Source of the DNA: Infirmifilum sp.
Lineage (GTDB): Archaea > Thermoproteota > Thermoprotei > Thermofilales > Thermofilaceae
Length of the DNA stretch: 64,000 nt
Assembly: GCA_041287245.1 (NCBI GenBank)
Contig: JBEULP010000117.1
Location: forward strand, 96,001 to 160,000
Direction of reading: 5' to 3'
The notes below the pieces were generated by a model. The model was not told where the DNA came from, searched no databases, and saw only the letters and a program-made list of their open reading frames with translations. The position numbers and the translations under genes were made by a program. Below, piece after piece: positions 8,554 through 18,149 of the stretch. Position 1 is the first letter of the stretch. Each line of letters opens with the position of its first letter.

Positions 8554-10098
8554 CTACACCGGCGGCAACCCATGCTTACGTGCAGGTCTCGGGTGTTTTT
8601 CACGCTTGTCTAATAGGAACTGTAGAAGCCTAAAGAGGTATGCCCTAGTCTCTCTCGGCAAGATAATGTCATCGACGTACCCTCTACTTGCTGGGACGTA
8701 GGGATTTGCGATCTCGCTCCGGTATTTCTCGATAAACGTCTTAGCCAGCTCCTCGGGATTTGTTGTATTTTCAAGCTCTTTTTTATAAATTATTTCGATT
8801 GCGCCCTCTGGCCCCATAACGGCTATTTCCGCCGTAGGCCAAGCTAACACGAAATCTGCGCCTAGATGCTTGCTCCCCATGGCGATGTAGGCTCCTCCAT
8901 ATGCCTTTCTAAGTATAACAGTTATCTTAGGAACTGTAGCGTCGGCATAGGCGTAAATTATCTTCGCCCCATGCCTAATCACTCCATGGTGTTCTTGAAA
9001 GCTCCCAGGCAAGAAGCCTGGGACATCCACAAACGTTATAATCGGGAAATTAAACGCGTCGCAAAGCGAGACGAATCTGCTTATCTTATCGGAAGAGTCT
9101 ATGTCAAGGCTACCCGCCATAATTGCCGGCTGGTTTGCTACAACACATGTTCCATGCCCCCCGAGGCGCGCAAAACCCACAACGGCGCTCATGGCAAAGT
9201 TAGCGTGAACTTCAAGAAATGTTCCGGCGTCGAAGACACGTGATATAACCTCACGGACATCATATGTTTTTACAGGGTCATCCGGCACAATGTTATCGAG
9301 AGAAGAATCTTCTCGAAATGGGTCGTCCCCAGTGTCGACAAAAGGAGGATCTTCAGCGTTGTTGCTGGGAAGGTAGCTTAGAAGCCTCTTAATCACGTTT
9401 ATTGCCTCCTTGTCGTCTTCTACGACAAAGTGGGCTACGCCGCTTTTCGACGCATGAACTTCCGCGCCGCCGAGCTCCTCTGTTGAAATTTCCTCCCCAA
9501 TAGAGGCTTTTACAACCTTTGGGCCAGTAATGAACATGTAGCTTTTCTTTGTCATAATTATGAAATCAGCTAAGGCAGGGCTGTAAACGGCGCCACCTGC
9601 ACAGGGCCCCATAATGGCTACTATTTGCGGAACAACACCGCTTGCCATCACGTTGCGGTAGAATATCTCCCCGTAACCCTTTAAAGAATCGACACCTTCC
9701 TGTATTCTCGCCCCACCAGAATCGTTAAGGCCTATAACAGGCACACCAAGCTTGATCGCCATCTCTATTGTCCTGGCTATCTTAGAAGCATGCATCTCGC
9801 CCACGCTTCCCCCCATGAAGCTGAAATCCTGTGCATAGACCGCTACTCGCCTGCCATTTATTGTTCCCAGCCCAGCCACCACACCATCTCCATAAGCTTT
9901 TTTGGACTCCATCCCGAATCCTGTTGCCCTATGCAACACGTAACGGCCTATAGGGGTGAACGAATCAGAATCCAAGAGCAGACTGAGCCTTTCATATACG
10001 GTGAGCTTACCCTGCTCATGGATCTTCTTAGCCTGCTCCTCGCTAATTTTTTGAGCATCGCTTCTCCTCTTCAGAAGATCTTCCATCTTACCTGACAT
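8554..10098 (-). CDS. Acyl-CoA carboxylase carboxyltransferase (PccB/MmdA-like beta subunit)
   Basis: GGARIQEG, GPCAGG, DVPGFLPG, RKAYGGAY and C-terminal KHGLPP motifs. Confidence 0.95.
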   Translation of the reverse strand: MSGKMEDLLKRRSDAQKISEEQAKKIHEQGKLTVYERLSLLLDSDSFTPIGRYVLHRATGFGMESKKAYGDGVVAGLGTINGRRVAVYAQDFSFMGGSVGEMHASKIARTIEMAIKLGVPVIGLNDSGGARIQEGVDSLKGYGEIFYRNVMASGVVPQIVAIMGPCAGGAVYSPALADFIIMTKKSYMFITGPKVVKASIGEEISTEELGGAEVHASKSGVAHFVVEDDKEAINVIKRLLSYLPSNNAEDPPFVDTGDDPFREDSSLDNIVPDDPVKTYDVREVISRVFDAGTFLEVHANFAMSAVVGFARLGGHGTCVVANQPAIMAGSLDIDSSDKISRFVSLCDAFNFPIITFVDVPGFLPGSFQEHHGVIRHGAKIIYAYADATVPKITVILRKAYGGAYIAMGSKHLGADFVLAWPTAEIAVMGPEGAIEIIYKKELENTTNPEELAKTFIEKYRSEIANPYVPASRGYVDDIILPRETRAYLFRLLQFLLDKREKHPRPARKHGLPPV

Positions 10099-10116
10099 CT
10101 AGAACACCGTAAGAGG

Positions 10117-10710
10117 CTAGGCGAGCTCTAGGACCCAGGCCTCAAATTCTCCCCCGCTCACGCGGATTTTCACCTGCTCAGCCCCTTTCCTGGCTGCCTC
10201 AAGAACCAATCCTAGATGTCTTTGAATCCTAGCTACTGATTCAAGCCAGTCACCATTTGGCAAGCGGAGACTGATAGGTACCCGTAGAGCCCGGAGATCA
10301 CGTTCATCAACGCCGTTTAGGTTTTCAAATCTGTAGCTTTCACCCGGCCGTACAGGCTGTTTTCTCCGCGGGACACTATGTAGTCCTCTTATAGAAACAT
10401 ATGCTACATTTCCCGTCTTGACATAGATCTTCTTTTTAGCGAGATAAGCGGCCCAAGGCTCTACATTTCTTTCATCGACAATTATCTCGGCATTTCCGGT
10501 GAGTCCCACAAGGGTTTCTGCATCTACGCTTATTTCAAGTTCTCCTCCTTTCAGTTCAAAGACAGGTCCGGAGAGACTGTTCATTGCTAGTGAATTAGCC
10601 ACTGCGTGGGCAAACTTGTCATATGAAGATAGGGGGTTTGGAGAAAGGAAAGACCTGATAGCCTTCTGTATAACAATCATCATACAGCCGTACACCGCTG
10701 GCTCTTTCAA
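10117..10710 (-). CDS. Degenerate PxpC/allophanate hydrolase subunit 2-like protein (N-terminal domain only)
   Basis: D..A...AN.L..N....P.FE..GG.LE.......GLTG and AYVSIRG resemble the PxpC/KipA N-domain; true start may be ATG 10680 or 10683. Confidence 0.55.
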   Translation of the reverse strand: MKEPAVYGCMMIVIQKAIRSFLSPNPLSSYDKFAHAVANSLAMNSLSGPVFELKGGELEISVDAETLVGLTGNAEIIVDERNVEPWAAYLAKKKIYVKTGNVAYVSIRGLHSVPRRKQPVRPGESYRFENLNGVDERDLRALRVPISLRLPNGDWLESVARIQRHLGLVLEAARKGAEQVKIRVSGGEFEAWVLELA

Positions 10711-10775
10711 TAAATGGTATGGTATTTAAGCTTTGCCGATAATGATTTCAACAGTTGTCGAGAACTTCAAAGAAC

Positions 10776-11924
10776 TCAGACAACCCAATCCTCCAGATCC
10801 ATCTTTTTCATTAAAAACGTTCTAATAAATCCTGCGATTAGGATTGTAAGCCAAAGGGGCTGATATACGAGAAAATATAAAGGATAGAGGTAAGCGTAAG
10901 ACTTCATTCGAATATACTTTGACGCCATAAAATGCCACACCATAAAAAATGTTAGAGCTAAGGTCAGAGGAATAAAATAAATGATTTGCAGGTTAACTGA
11001 CAATAATGCTGTAAATGGAATTACCTGGCTTATTAGTGACGAGAGAGAAAGGAGAAACAAGTACAAACTTTTAACTAGCGTATGGTTGTAAAGGAAGAAA
11101 GGAAGCAGGGTAGAAACCAGTGAAGGCAGCGATATTAGAAGCCCGGGAATGAGGACATGAGGCATTTCCAAAACAGCTTTTAACCCTACGAAGAAATACC
11201 TCTGAACCCAGTCTGCCAAGCCAATAGCCCACCTCTTCCTTTGCCTGTACCATCTTCTCCATGACTCTGGAGGGTAGTTGTACACAAATGTGGACTCTAT
11301 ATACGTAAACTTATGGCCCCTGAGAAAGCTTCGGATAGCCAGGTCAAAATCTTCAGAGATGATAGGCTTGAAAAAACCTATTTCCTCGAGTGCTTTACGC
11401 TTCATAGCGAAGGCTGCGCCATTAATAGCGATGGTTTTACCGGCGAACCGCGCCATCAATTTACTTGCAAAGTTTGTAGCGACATACTCAATGTAAACCA
11501 TTTTCCCGAGAAGGTTTTCTGCAACCACGACCTTCTTAATATCAGCTATGTCGTAGTCTTTTATCGCCTCTACGATTTTCTGTATAAACAGGGGGTCAGA
11601 AATTTCAACGTCATCATCTAGGAAGATAATGACGTCACCGCGCGCATGCTTGAGAGCATTATTTAAAGCGTTTACCTTTCCACTCCTAGCCGCATTTAAA
11701 ATAACCCTTATCCTATCCCCCTTAAATTTTAATAGATTCTCGGCAACGGGTTCGAGGGGCTCGTCAACGACCACAATCACTTCAAAACTAGGATAAGATG
11801 CCTCGGAGAGCATCTGGACCAATCTGACTAACCTTTCATTACCATGATATGAGGGAATAATAATGCTAACCGAGAGAAGCTTGCTGAGACTTGGTTTTTC
11901 AGCTAAGACACTACTAGCAGACAC
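10776..11924 (-). CDS. Glycosyltransferase family 2, membrane-bound (cellulose synthase-like)
   Basis: SIIIP, GKVNALN, DDD, SEDFDL and QRKRW motifs; C-terminal TM helices. Confidence 0.9.
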   Translation of the reverse strand: MSASSVLAEKPSLSKLLSVSIIIPSYHGNERLVRLVQMLSEASYPSFEVIVVVDEPLEPVAENLLKFKGDRIRVILNAARSGKVNALNNALKHARGDVIIFLDDDVEISDPLFIQKIVEAIKDYDIADIKKVVVAENLLGKMVYIEYVATNFASKLMARFAGKTIAINGAAFAMKRKALEEIGFFKPIISEDFDLAIRSFLRGHKFTYIESTFVYNYPPESWRRWYRQRKRWAIGLADWVQRYFFVGLKAVLEMPHVLIPGLLISLPSLVSTLLPFFLYNHTLVKSLYLFLLSLSSLISQVIPFTALLSVNLQIIYFIPLTLALTFFMVWHFMASKYIRMKSYAYLYPLYFLVYQPLWLTILIAGFIRTFLMKKMDLEDWVV

Positions 11925-11971
11925 ACCACCCCTACTGTTACCTTTAATAAATCCTTTTTGGAACCATTGCC

Positions 11972-12193
11972 ATGATGGAAAATCGAGCTTCGGCGGATAT
12001 CCAAAATATTATCATAACCTTAGCGAAGAGGGATATTTACAATGGAGTCGGCCGTGTTTTCATATCCGAGCTGATCGAACAAGGGTATACACGGGACCAG
12101 GTGACACTTGCGATTGAAAATCTGAAATCAAATTACAAGATTATCGTTGTTGGAGACATTATAAAGGTATATTTTGGTGAAGGTAGTGTTTGA
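11972..12193 (+). CDS. Small hypothetical protein (possible winged helix)
   Basis: 73-aa ORF whose stop overlaps the ogt start. Confidence 0.6.
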   Translation: MMENRASADIQNIIITLAKRDIYNGVGRVFISELIEQGYTRDQVTLAIENLKSNYKIIVVGDIIKVYFGEGSV

Positions 12194-12683
12194 ATATAAG
12201 TGCACTCTAACTCCTATTGGAGAACTCTGCTTTGTAGTGCGCGAAAACAATATCTTCTCTCTCCACAGAAGAGAAAAGGTAAGAGTAAGCGAAGGAAGGT
12301 ACGGGGGGCCATATGCCGACCTCTTCGAAGAAGAACTTCATGAATACTTCCAGGGAAAAAGAAAACTATTCAGCTTCGAACCTGTAATTACTGGCTCCCC
12401 TCTCCGGAGAAAAGTTTTAGAGGAGACTTTAAAAATCCCTTATGGCTCCACGACCACATATAAAAGCATCGCCACAAAGCTCTCAACCTCGCCCAGAGCA
12501 ATTGGACGCATCCTTAAAACTAACAATATCTTATTGGTTGTTCCATGCCACAGAATAATAAAAGCAACAGGAGAACCAGGAGGATACACCCTAGGCTTTC
12601 AGGCCAAACTCTACCTGCTTCAACTTGAAAATCCTCAGAGAACTCTCTCGACCTTGACAAAAGCATCATTTCAATTGAAGTAA
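12186..12683 (+). CDS. ogt: Methylated-DNA--protein-cysteine methyltransferase
   Basis: IPYG..TTY, PRAIG and the PCHR active site; GTG 12186 follows GGTGA (ORF-track start is 12174). Confidence 0.9.
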   Translation: MFEYKCTLTPIGELCFVVRENNIFSLHRREKVRVSEGRYGGPYADLFEEELHEYFQGKRKLFSFEPVITGSPLRRKVLEETLKIPYGSTTTYKSIATKLSTSPRAIGRILKTNNILLVVPCHRIIKATGEPGGYTLGFQAKLYLLQLENPQRTLSTLTKASFQLK

Positions 12684-12790
12684 AATGAATAACTTGCTTT
12701 TACAATTATAATTATTTACTTTTACCTCAGGTTAGATTCTATTTTAATTCCAGATTTTCTAAGAAAACCCTTATATATATCTAAATAAAA

Positions 12791-14941
12791 ATGGACGTTG
12801 TGACCGAGAAAAAGGCTAAAAACCGAACGCCTGCTATTCTCGCCGCCGTCATTGTGATTGTACTCCTCGCCTCGCTCATCTACTTCCTCTCTCAAAAACC
12901 AGCGCCGTCAGGCCCAGCGGCACAGGCAAAGCCATTCCACAAACAAGTGCTCTATGTTATTGTAAACGATGAAGGAACAAGAATAAACATGTATAAGACG
13001 GGAGTATTCGACATAGCTGTTGTTACTCCTTCTCGGTGGATAGATGTTAATAATACGCCTGTGGGTAATTTCTCTCTTCACCTTGTAAGGCGGCCAGACA
13101 AACCACAACTTACAATCCAGTATATAGGTCTGAACCCGATGAAAGAACCCCTCAATATACCGGAAGTTAGACAAGCGCTTGCCTACGCCGTCCCCTACGA
13201 CGTTATTCTTAGGCAAGTTTTCGGAGGGCTATACACCAGACTGCACACCATTGTACCAAAAGGCATGCTCGGATACACAGAATTCGGCATTAACAAATAT
13301 GAATATGATATGAGTAAGGCTCAGCAAATCATTGATAATCTAAAAGCCAGGGGGTTTGACCCATCCAAATACGTAATAACAATAATATATAACGAAGGCA
13401 ACACAGCGCGCCAGCAAATAGCTTCTCTGCTACAACAATCCTGGAGCCAGCTTGGCTTTAAGGTCACTGTAGAATCTTATTCGTGGCCAAAGTATCTTGA
13501 TCTAGTAGATCACTTTGAATATCAAGTGATGCTTCTCGGATGGATTCCGGATTATCTTGACCCAGACAACTATCTGATGCCCTTTGTATGGGGAGGCGCA
13601 GAGTTCAAGAATTTGGAATACCATGCTAATGTTCCCGCTTCAAATGTCGGGAACTATCTTTCCTCAATAAACATGACAATCGAGACTGAAAAATACATAG
13701 TTGTAGTAGGTGAAAGAGGTAGTGGAGCAAAATACACTGGACCCACCAACAAGCCAATAATAACCGTCGGGTATACAGTCGACTGGGATACCACGAACTC
13801 GAACTGGGCACAGCCCATAAACATGGTTACGCTCGGAACTGGCGGTCTAAAAGATGTTGCGTTAAGTGCTTTATGTAGAGTAGCCCAGAGAATTCTCGAA
13901 GAGGACGTAAGAGAAGCGGTAATTCAAGCCGCCGTCATATACTTCAACAAACAGTCAACATTGCTTATCCTGGGGCAATCAATCACCGGAGAGAACTACG
14001 GCACATGGGTTCATGACATGTATTATCCGCTAGCCACATTTGCAAGGTATGACCTTGTCTGGGAGGATCCTAACGCACCTGTAGCTGATACCGGCATTCT
14101 CAACATCAAAAACAACCCCGAGACAATGGTTATTGGTGATATAGGATGGCCCGACACTTTCGACCCAGCTAAATCATATGAAAGCTTCGGATGGGAGATT
14201 TTCTGGCAGACTTACGGTAAGCTCGTGACCACGTGGAAAGAGGACACCGAGCCCATTCCTGAGCTTTCCGTTGCATGGGCCTTCAGCAAAAATCTCACCG
14301 AACTCTACTTCGTGATGAGGGGGAACGTTGTTGCCTTCGACCCATGGAACAATAAAACATATCCAATTACAGCTGTTGATGCTCTCTTCAGCATTTGGAG
14401 GGCAGTGAGGGTAAACCTTCCTGGGGGGCCCCAGTGGATGATTGATAGCTTTATCGACGTTAACGCCTCCTCAGTATTAACTGAAAATGAACTTGACGCA
14501 TTAGCGAAGAGTTATGGGCTTACTACAGCATTCAAAGGTAAATCCGCGGAGGTTCACAGCTTAAACGAGCTGCTTAACTTTTTCGGTTATTCTGGGCCTA
14601 CAGCCGGTGTAGTAAAATTCAAGCTCCGGGCACCTTACGTGCCTATACTTCAAATCTTCGTCACCGGAGTCGGCTCTGTATTTCCAATGCAGTATGCTCT
14701 AGGAAACCAGTATCAGGCTGCGCTAGCAGACTCTAACAATGGGCGTAATCCATCAGCATGGGCGAAATACGTCGGTGTTGGAGAAGACGATGCTACGTTT
14801 AAGCTCTTATCGACAAAGCCCGTTTCAACAGGACCGTACTATGTAGCAGAGTATAAGGAGGACAGCTATATACTCCTGAAATATAACCCCTACTATTGGA
14901 ATGCGACGATGTGGCAACAACTTTATGGTTTTAAACCTTAA
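12791..14941 (+). CDS. ABC transporter solute-binding protein, family 5 (OppA/DppA-like), circularly permuted
   Basis: N-terminal TM anchor; family-5 motifs VRQALAYA, WIPDYLDPDNY, PDTFDPA and STGPY occur in permuted order; heads an opp-type operon. Confidence 0.85.
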   Translation: MDVVTEKKAKNRTPAILAAVIVIVLLASLIYFLSQKPAPSGPAAQAKPFHKQVLYVIVNDEGTRINMYKTGVFDIAVVTPSRWIDVNNTPVGNFSLHLVRRPDKPQLTIQYIGLNPMKEPLNIPEVRQALAYAVPYDVILRQVFGGLYTRLHTIVPKGMLGYTEFGINKYEYDMSKAQQIIDNLKARGFDPSKYVITIIYNEGNTARQQIASLLQQSWSQLGFKVTVESYSWPKYLDLVDHFEYQVMLLGWIPDYLDPDNYLMPFVWGGAEFKNLEYHANVPASNVGNYLSSINMTIETEKYIVVVGERGSGAKYTGPTNKPIITVGYTVDWDTTNSNWAQPINMVTLGTGGLKDVALSALCRVAQRILEEDVREAVIQAAVIYFNKQSTLLILGQSITGENYGTWVHDMYYPLATFARYDLVWEDPNAPVADTGILNIKNNPETMVIGDIGWPDTFDPAKSYESFGWEIFWQTYGKLVTTWKEDTEPIPELSVAWAFSKNLTELYFVMRGNVVAFDPWNNKTYPITAVDALFSIWRAVRVNLPGGPQWMIDSFIDVNASSVLTENELDALAKSYGLTTAFKGKSAEVHSLNELLNFFGYSGPTAGVVKFKLRAPYVPILQIFVTGVGSVFPMQYALGNQYQAALADSNNGRNPSAWAKYVGVGEDDATFKLLSTKPVSTGPYYVAEYKEDSYILLKYNPYYWNATMWQQLYGFKP

Positions 14942-14968
14942 AAAGGGTTTTTCTTTAGAGTGGTGTAA

Positions 14969-16027
14969 ATGGGTCTAGGAAGCTATCTAGTTAGAAGGTT
15001 GGTGACATTTCTCCCAAGTGTTATTGGCGCCCTTCTAATAACGTACCTTATCGCATACGTTATTCCCACTGATCCCGTTAGAGCATGGGTGGGTGAAAAA
15101 CTAATGAACCCCAGTACTCTCGAGAAGCTAAAAAAGGACTACAAATTCGATGCTCCCTGGTACGAGCAATTCGCCTTTCTAGTTGAAAAGTTGTTGACAG
15201 GCACCCTTATAGACCCTACGCGTGGCACACCTGTCGTCCAACAGGTTGCACAAAGGTTCCCCATCACCGTGGAACTAGCAATATTCGGCATGTTTTTCAC
15301 GATAATCATCGGCATACCTCTCGGAATCATAGCGGCTGCTAAAAAAGACAGCTTTATTGATTTCTTTGTTAGAATATTCGCGTTATTCGGCAGCTCAATC
15401 CCAGCCTTTGTACTCTACTATTTTTTAATCTTAGCCTTTTACGTACATATCCGAGCCTCTTTATTGGCAGGTGTGCCTACGCTTTCGCCTAGCAGCGCTG
15501 CAATGCTGGAGAACATTAAGAATACTATCCCGGTAATAGGATACATTATATGGGCTATAGGTCAGGTACCTCTCTTCGGGGGGATGATATGCCTAGACTT
15601 GAATGTAGTTGTAAACACTATTTCTAGAATGTGGCTGCCAGGCCTTGCGCTTGGCCTCCTATCGGGAGGATTTATCGCCCGAATCGTAAGAAATAGTTTG
15701 TTGGACGCTTTAACATCCGAGACTATATTATTTGCCAAAGCACGGGGTTTGACTAGCTCCCGCGTCTGGCGTCATGCCCTTAAGAATGCCTTTGCCCCCA
15801 TCGTAACAATATTAGGGCTAAATTTCGCCGGGCTCCTTACAGGAGCTATTATTGCTGAAACAGTATTTAACATTCCAGGAATGGGGCTTTATATGTATCA
15901 AGGGATCACAAGGCTTAATTTTCCAATAATAATAGCAGGGACATTTATGTTCTCAATAATATATATAGTGATGAATCTCCTAGTGGATTTGCTTTATGCT
16001 TTCATAGATCCTAGGGTCAGATATTAA
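14969..16027 (+). CDS. Peptide ABC transporter permease (OppB/DppB)
   Basis: AKARGL..HALKNA loop, ETVFNIPGMG and C-terminal DPRVRY. Confidence 0.93.
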   Translation: MGLGSYLVRRLVTFLPSVIGALLITYLIAYVIPTDPVRAWVGEKLMNPSTLEKLKKDYKFDAPWYEQFAFLVEKLLTGTLIDPTRGTPVVQQVAQRFPITVELAIFGMFFTIIIGIPLGIIAAAKKDSFIDFFVRIFALFGSSIPAFVLYYFLILAFYVHIRASLLAGVPTLSPSSAAMLENIKNTIPVIGYIIWAIGQVPLFGGMICLDLNVVVNTISRMWLPGLALGLLSGGFIARIVRNSLLDALTSETILFAKARGLTSSRVWRHALKNAFAPIVTILGLNFAGLLTGAIIAETVFNIPGMGLYMYQGITRLNFPIIIAGTFMFSIIYIVMNLLVDLLYAFIDPRVRY

Positions 16028-16038
16028 GGTGAGGATTA

Positions 16039-17145
16039 TTGAATACACTGTACAGGATAGGTAGTTGGCTTGTAGACAAGTATGCTGAACTAAGGAATAG
16101 GCTCAGCCCAGGATGGCTAACGAAAAACAAGTCAAAAATCATTGAGACGAAGCTCTCCATATATGTTTTTACCTCCTCTAAAATCGGTGTCACAGGGTTT
16201 ATACTTGTTGTCTTAACTCTCTTCCTAGCGATTTTTGGGCCTTTTATAGCATGGGAACCCTATGACGTTTATCCTATACTCTCGAACCCCGAACTCGCCG
16301 GTAAGCTACCGCATCCACCTTGTATCAACAGCTGTGAAGGTCTACCCTGGGCGGGGACAGATCAGTATGGTAGAGATGTGCTGAGCCTGGTAATAAGAGG
16401 GTTTCGAATATCACTTGTGATGAGTTTGATTATTGTTTTTACAAGTGCAGCGCTTGGCATACTATTGGGGCTGATCTCCGGCTACTGGGGAGGTGTTGTT
16501 GACGAAATTATCATGAGGTTCACAGACATGATGTTAGCTTTTCCGGGATTAGTGCTAGCCATAGCTTTTAGCCTAACTCTCAGATTGTCCTTAAGGGATT
16601 ATATGATGGCTAATCCCACGTTCACACAACTTGTAGCCTCAGTTTTTGCACTAAATCCTAAAGACGCTCCAAACCTGGCAAACTTGCTTTCAGTGTTCCT
16701 TGCGCTAATCCTTGTATGGTGGCCACCGTACGCCCGGGTTGTTCGGGGGTCTGTTCTCACGGTAAAAGAACAAGGCTTTATTGAGGCGGCCAAGGCTTTA
16801 GGCCTATCAGCAAGAAAGATATTATTCCGCCACATTTTCCCAAACATAATGTCTCCTCTACTTGTAATGATAACCTTCGACATGGCAACAGCAACTCTTA
16901 GCTCGGCAGCGCTATCATTCCTCGGGTTAGGCCCTCAACCTCCCGTTCCAGACTTGGGTCTAATAATATCACAGGCAGGCCAATACTTCCCCGAAAGAAG
17001 CTGGTGGATCGTTATTGAAGCTGGGATCGCTCTCTTACTAATTTCCCTAGGCTGGAACCTGGTGGGCGACGCTCTGAGAGATGTGTACGATCCTAAGACT
17101 AGGCGGTCAATAGAGCTAAAATCTAAAATTGAGGTGGGAGAATGA
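16039..17145 (+). CDS. Peptide ABC transporter permease (OppC/DppC)
   Basis: GTDQYGRD, EAAKALG and GDALRD motifs; RBS GGTGA upstream of TTG. Confidence 0.93.
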   Translation: MNTLYRIGSWLVDKYAELRNRLSPGWLTKNKSKIIETKLSIYVFTSSKIGVTGFILVVLTLFLAIFGPFIAWEPYDVYPILSNPELAGKLPHPPCINSCEGLPWAGTDQYGRDVLSLVIRGFRISLVMSLIIVFTSAALGILLGLISGYWGGVVDEIIMRFTDMMLAFPGLVLAIAFSLTLRLSLRDYMMANPTFTQLVASVFALNPKDAPNLANLLSVFLALILVWWPPYARVVRGSVLTVKEQGFIEAAKALGLSARKILFRHIFPNIMSPLLVMITFDMATATLSSAALSFLGLGPQPPVPDLGLIISQAGQYFPERSWWIVIEAGIALLLISLGWNLVGDALRDVYDPKTRRSIELKSKIEVGE

Positions 17146-18143
17146 CTGACCTGCTTAAAGAAAATCAAATCTTGGCAGCCCGTCAGGTAAACGTAAGGTT
17201 CTACACATATGCAGGAGTTGTCCACGCCGTCTCTGAAGCCTACCTGGACATTTTTGAGGGTGAAAGCGTCGCGCTTGTTGGGGAAACAGGCAGCGGCAAG
17301 ACAGTTTTTACTAGAGCATTGACGGGCCTAATCGAGCCTCCAGGAAAAATAGAGTCGGGGAAGGTATACTTTAGACGTCGGGATGGCAGTATAGTAGACC
17401 TCCTGAAGCTTTCCACCGAAGAGCTCCGGGACATTAGAGGGAACGAGATATCTTACGTATTTCAAGATCCTTCTAGTGCTCTCGACCCACTTTACACAGC
17501 TGGAGACCACATCACGGAAACTATAATGGAGCATCGACCCTTAGGAAAGGGAGAGGCCATGAAAGAAGCTATAAGTTTGCTTAAGGATGTAATGATCCCC
17601 AACCCTGAAGTTCGCGTAAAAAACTATCCCCATGAGTTAAGCGGCGGCATGAAACAGAGAGTAGTTATAGCGGTCGCAATATCCAACAGGCCAAGGCTTC
17701 TAATAGCTGATGAACCTACAACAAACCTCGACGTAACAGTGCAGGCGCAGATACTCGATCTTTTAAAGGAACTCAGAAACAAGTATCGGATGAGCCTCCT
17801 CCTCATAACACACAACCTCGGCATAGTTGCAGAAACTTCAGATAGAGTATACGTGATGTACGGAGGACGTATATCTGAAACTGCTCCAGTCGAATCACTG
17901 TTTGAATCGCCCCAACACCCCTACACCCAGCTGCTTTTGAGGTGTGTACCAAACCCTCTTAGGAAATTCGAAAAGCTCGAGTCTATTCCGGGGACCGTGC
18001 CTAATCTCATTGATATGAAGCCCGGGTGTCCCTTTGCACCCAGGTGCCCCTACGCTAAAGAGATCTGCTTCAAGGAAACCCCACCTGGAATAAAGGTAGA
18101 CGATTCTCATGTTGTTCACTGTTGGTTGTACCATAAGAGGTGA
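17142..18143 (+). CDS. Peptide ABC transporter ATP-binding protein (OppD)
   Basis: GETGSGKT, LSGGM, DEPT and the C-terminal GCPFAPRC...C Fe-S motif. Confidence 0.95.
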   Translation: MTDLLKENQILAARQVNVRFYTYAGVVHAVSEAYLDIFEGESVALVGETGSGKTVFTRALTGLIEPPGKIESGKVYFRRRDGSIVDLLKLSTEELRDIRGNEISYVFQDPSSALDPLYTAGDHITETIMEHRPLGKGEAMKEAISLLKDVMIPNPEVRVKNYPHELSGGMKQRVVIAVAISNRPRLLIADEPTTNLDVTVQAQILDLLKELRNKYRMSLLLITHNLGIVAETSDRVYVMYGGRISETAPVESLFESPQHPYTQLLLRCVPNPLRKFEKLESIPGTVPNLIDMKPGCPFAPRCPYAKEICFKETPPGIKVDDSHVVHCWLYHKR

Positions 18144-18149
18144 ATATGA

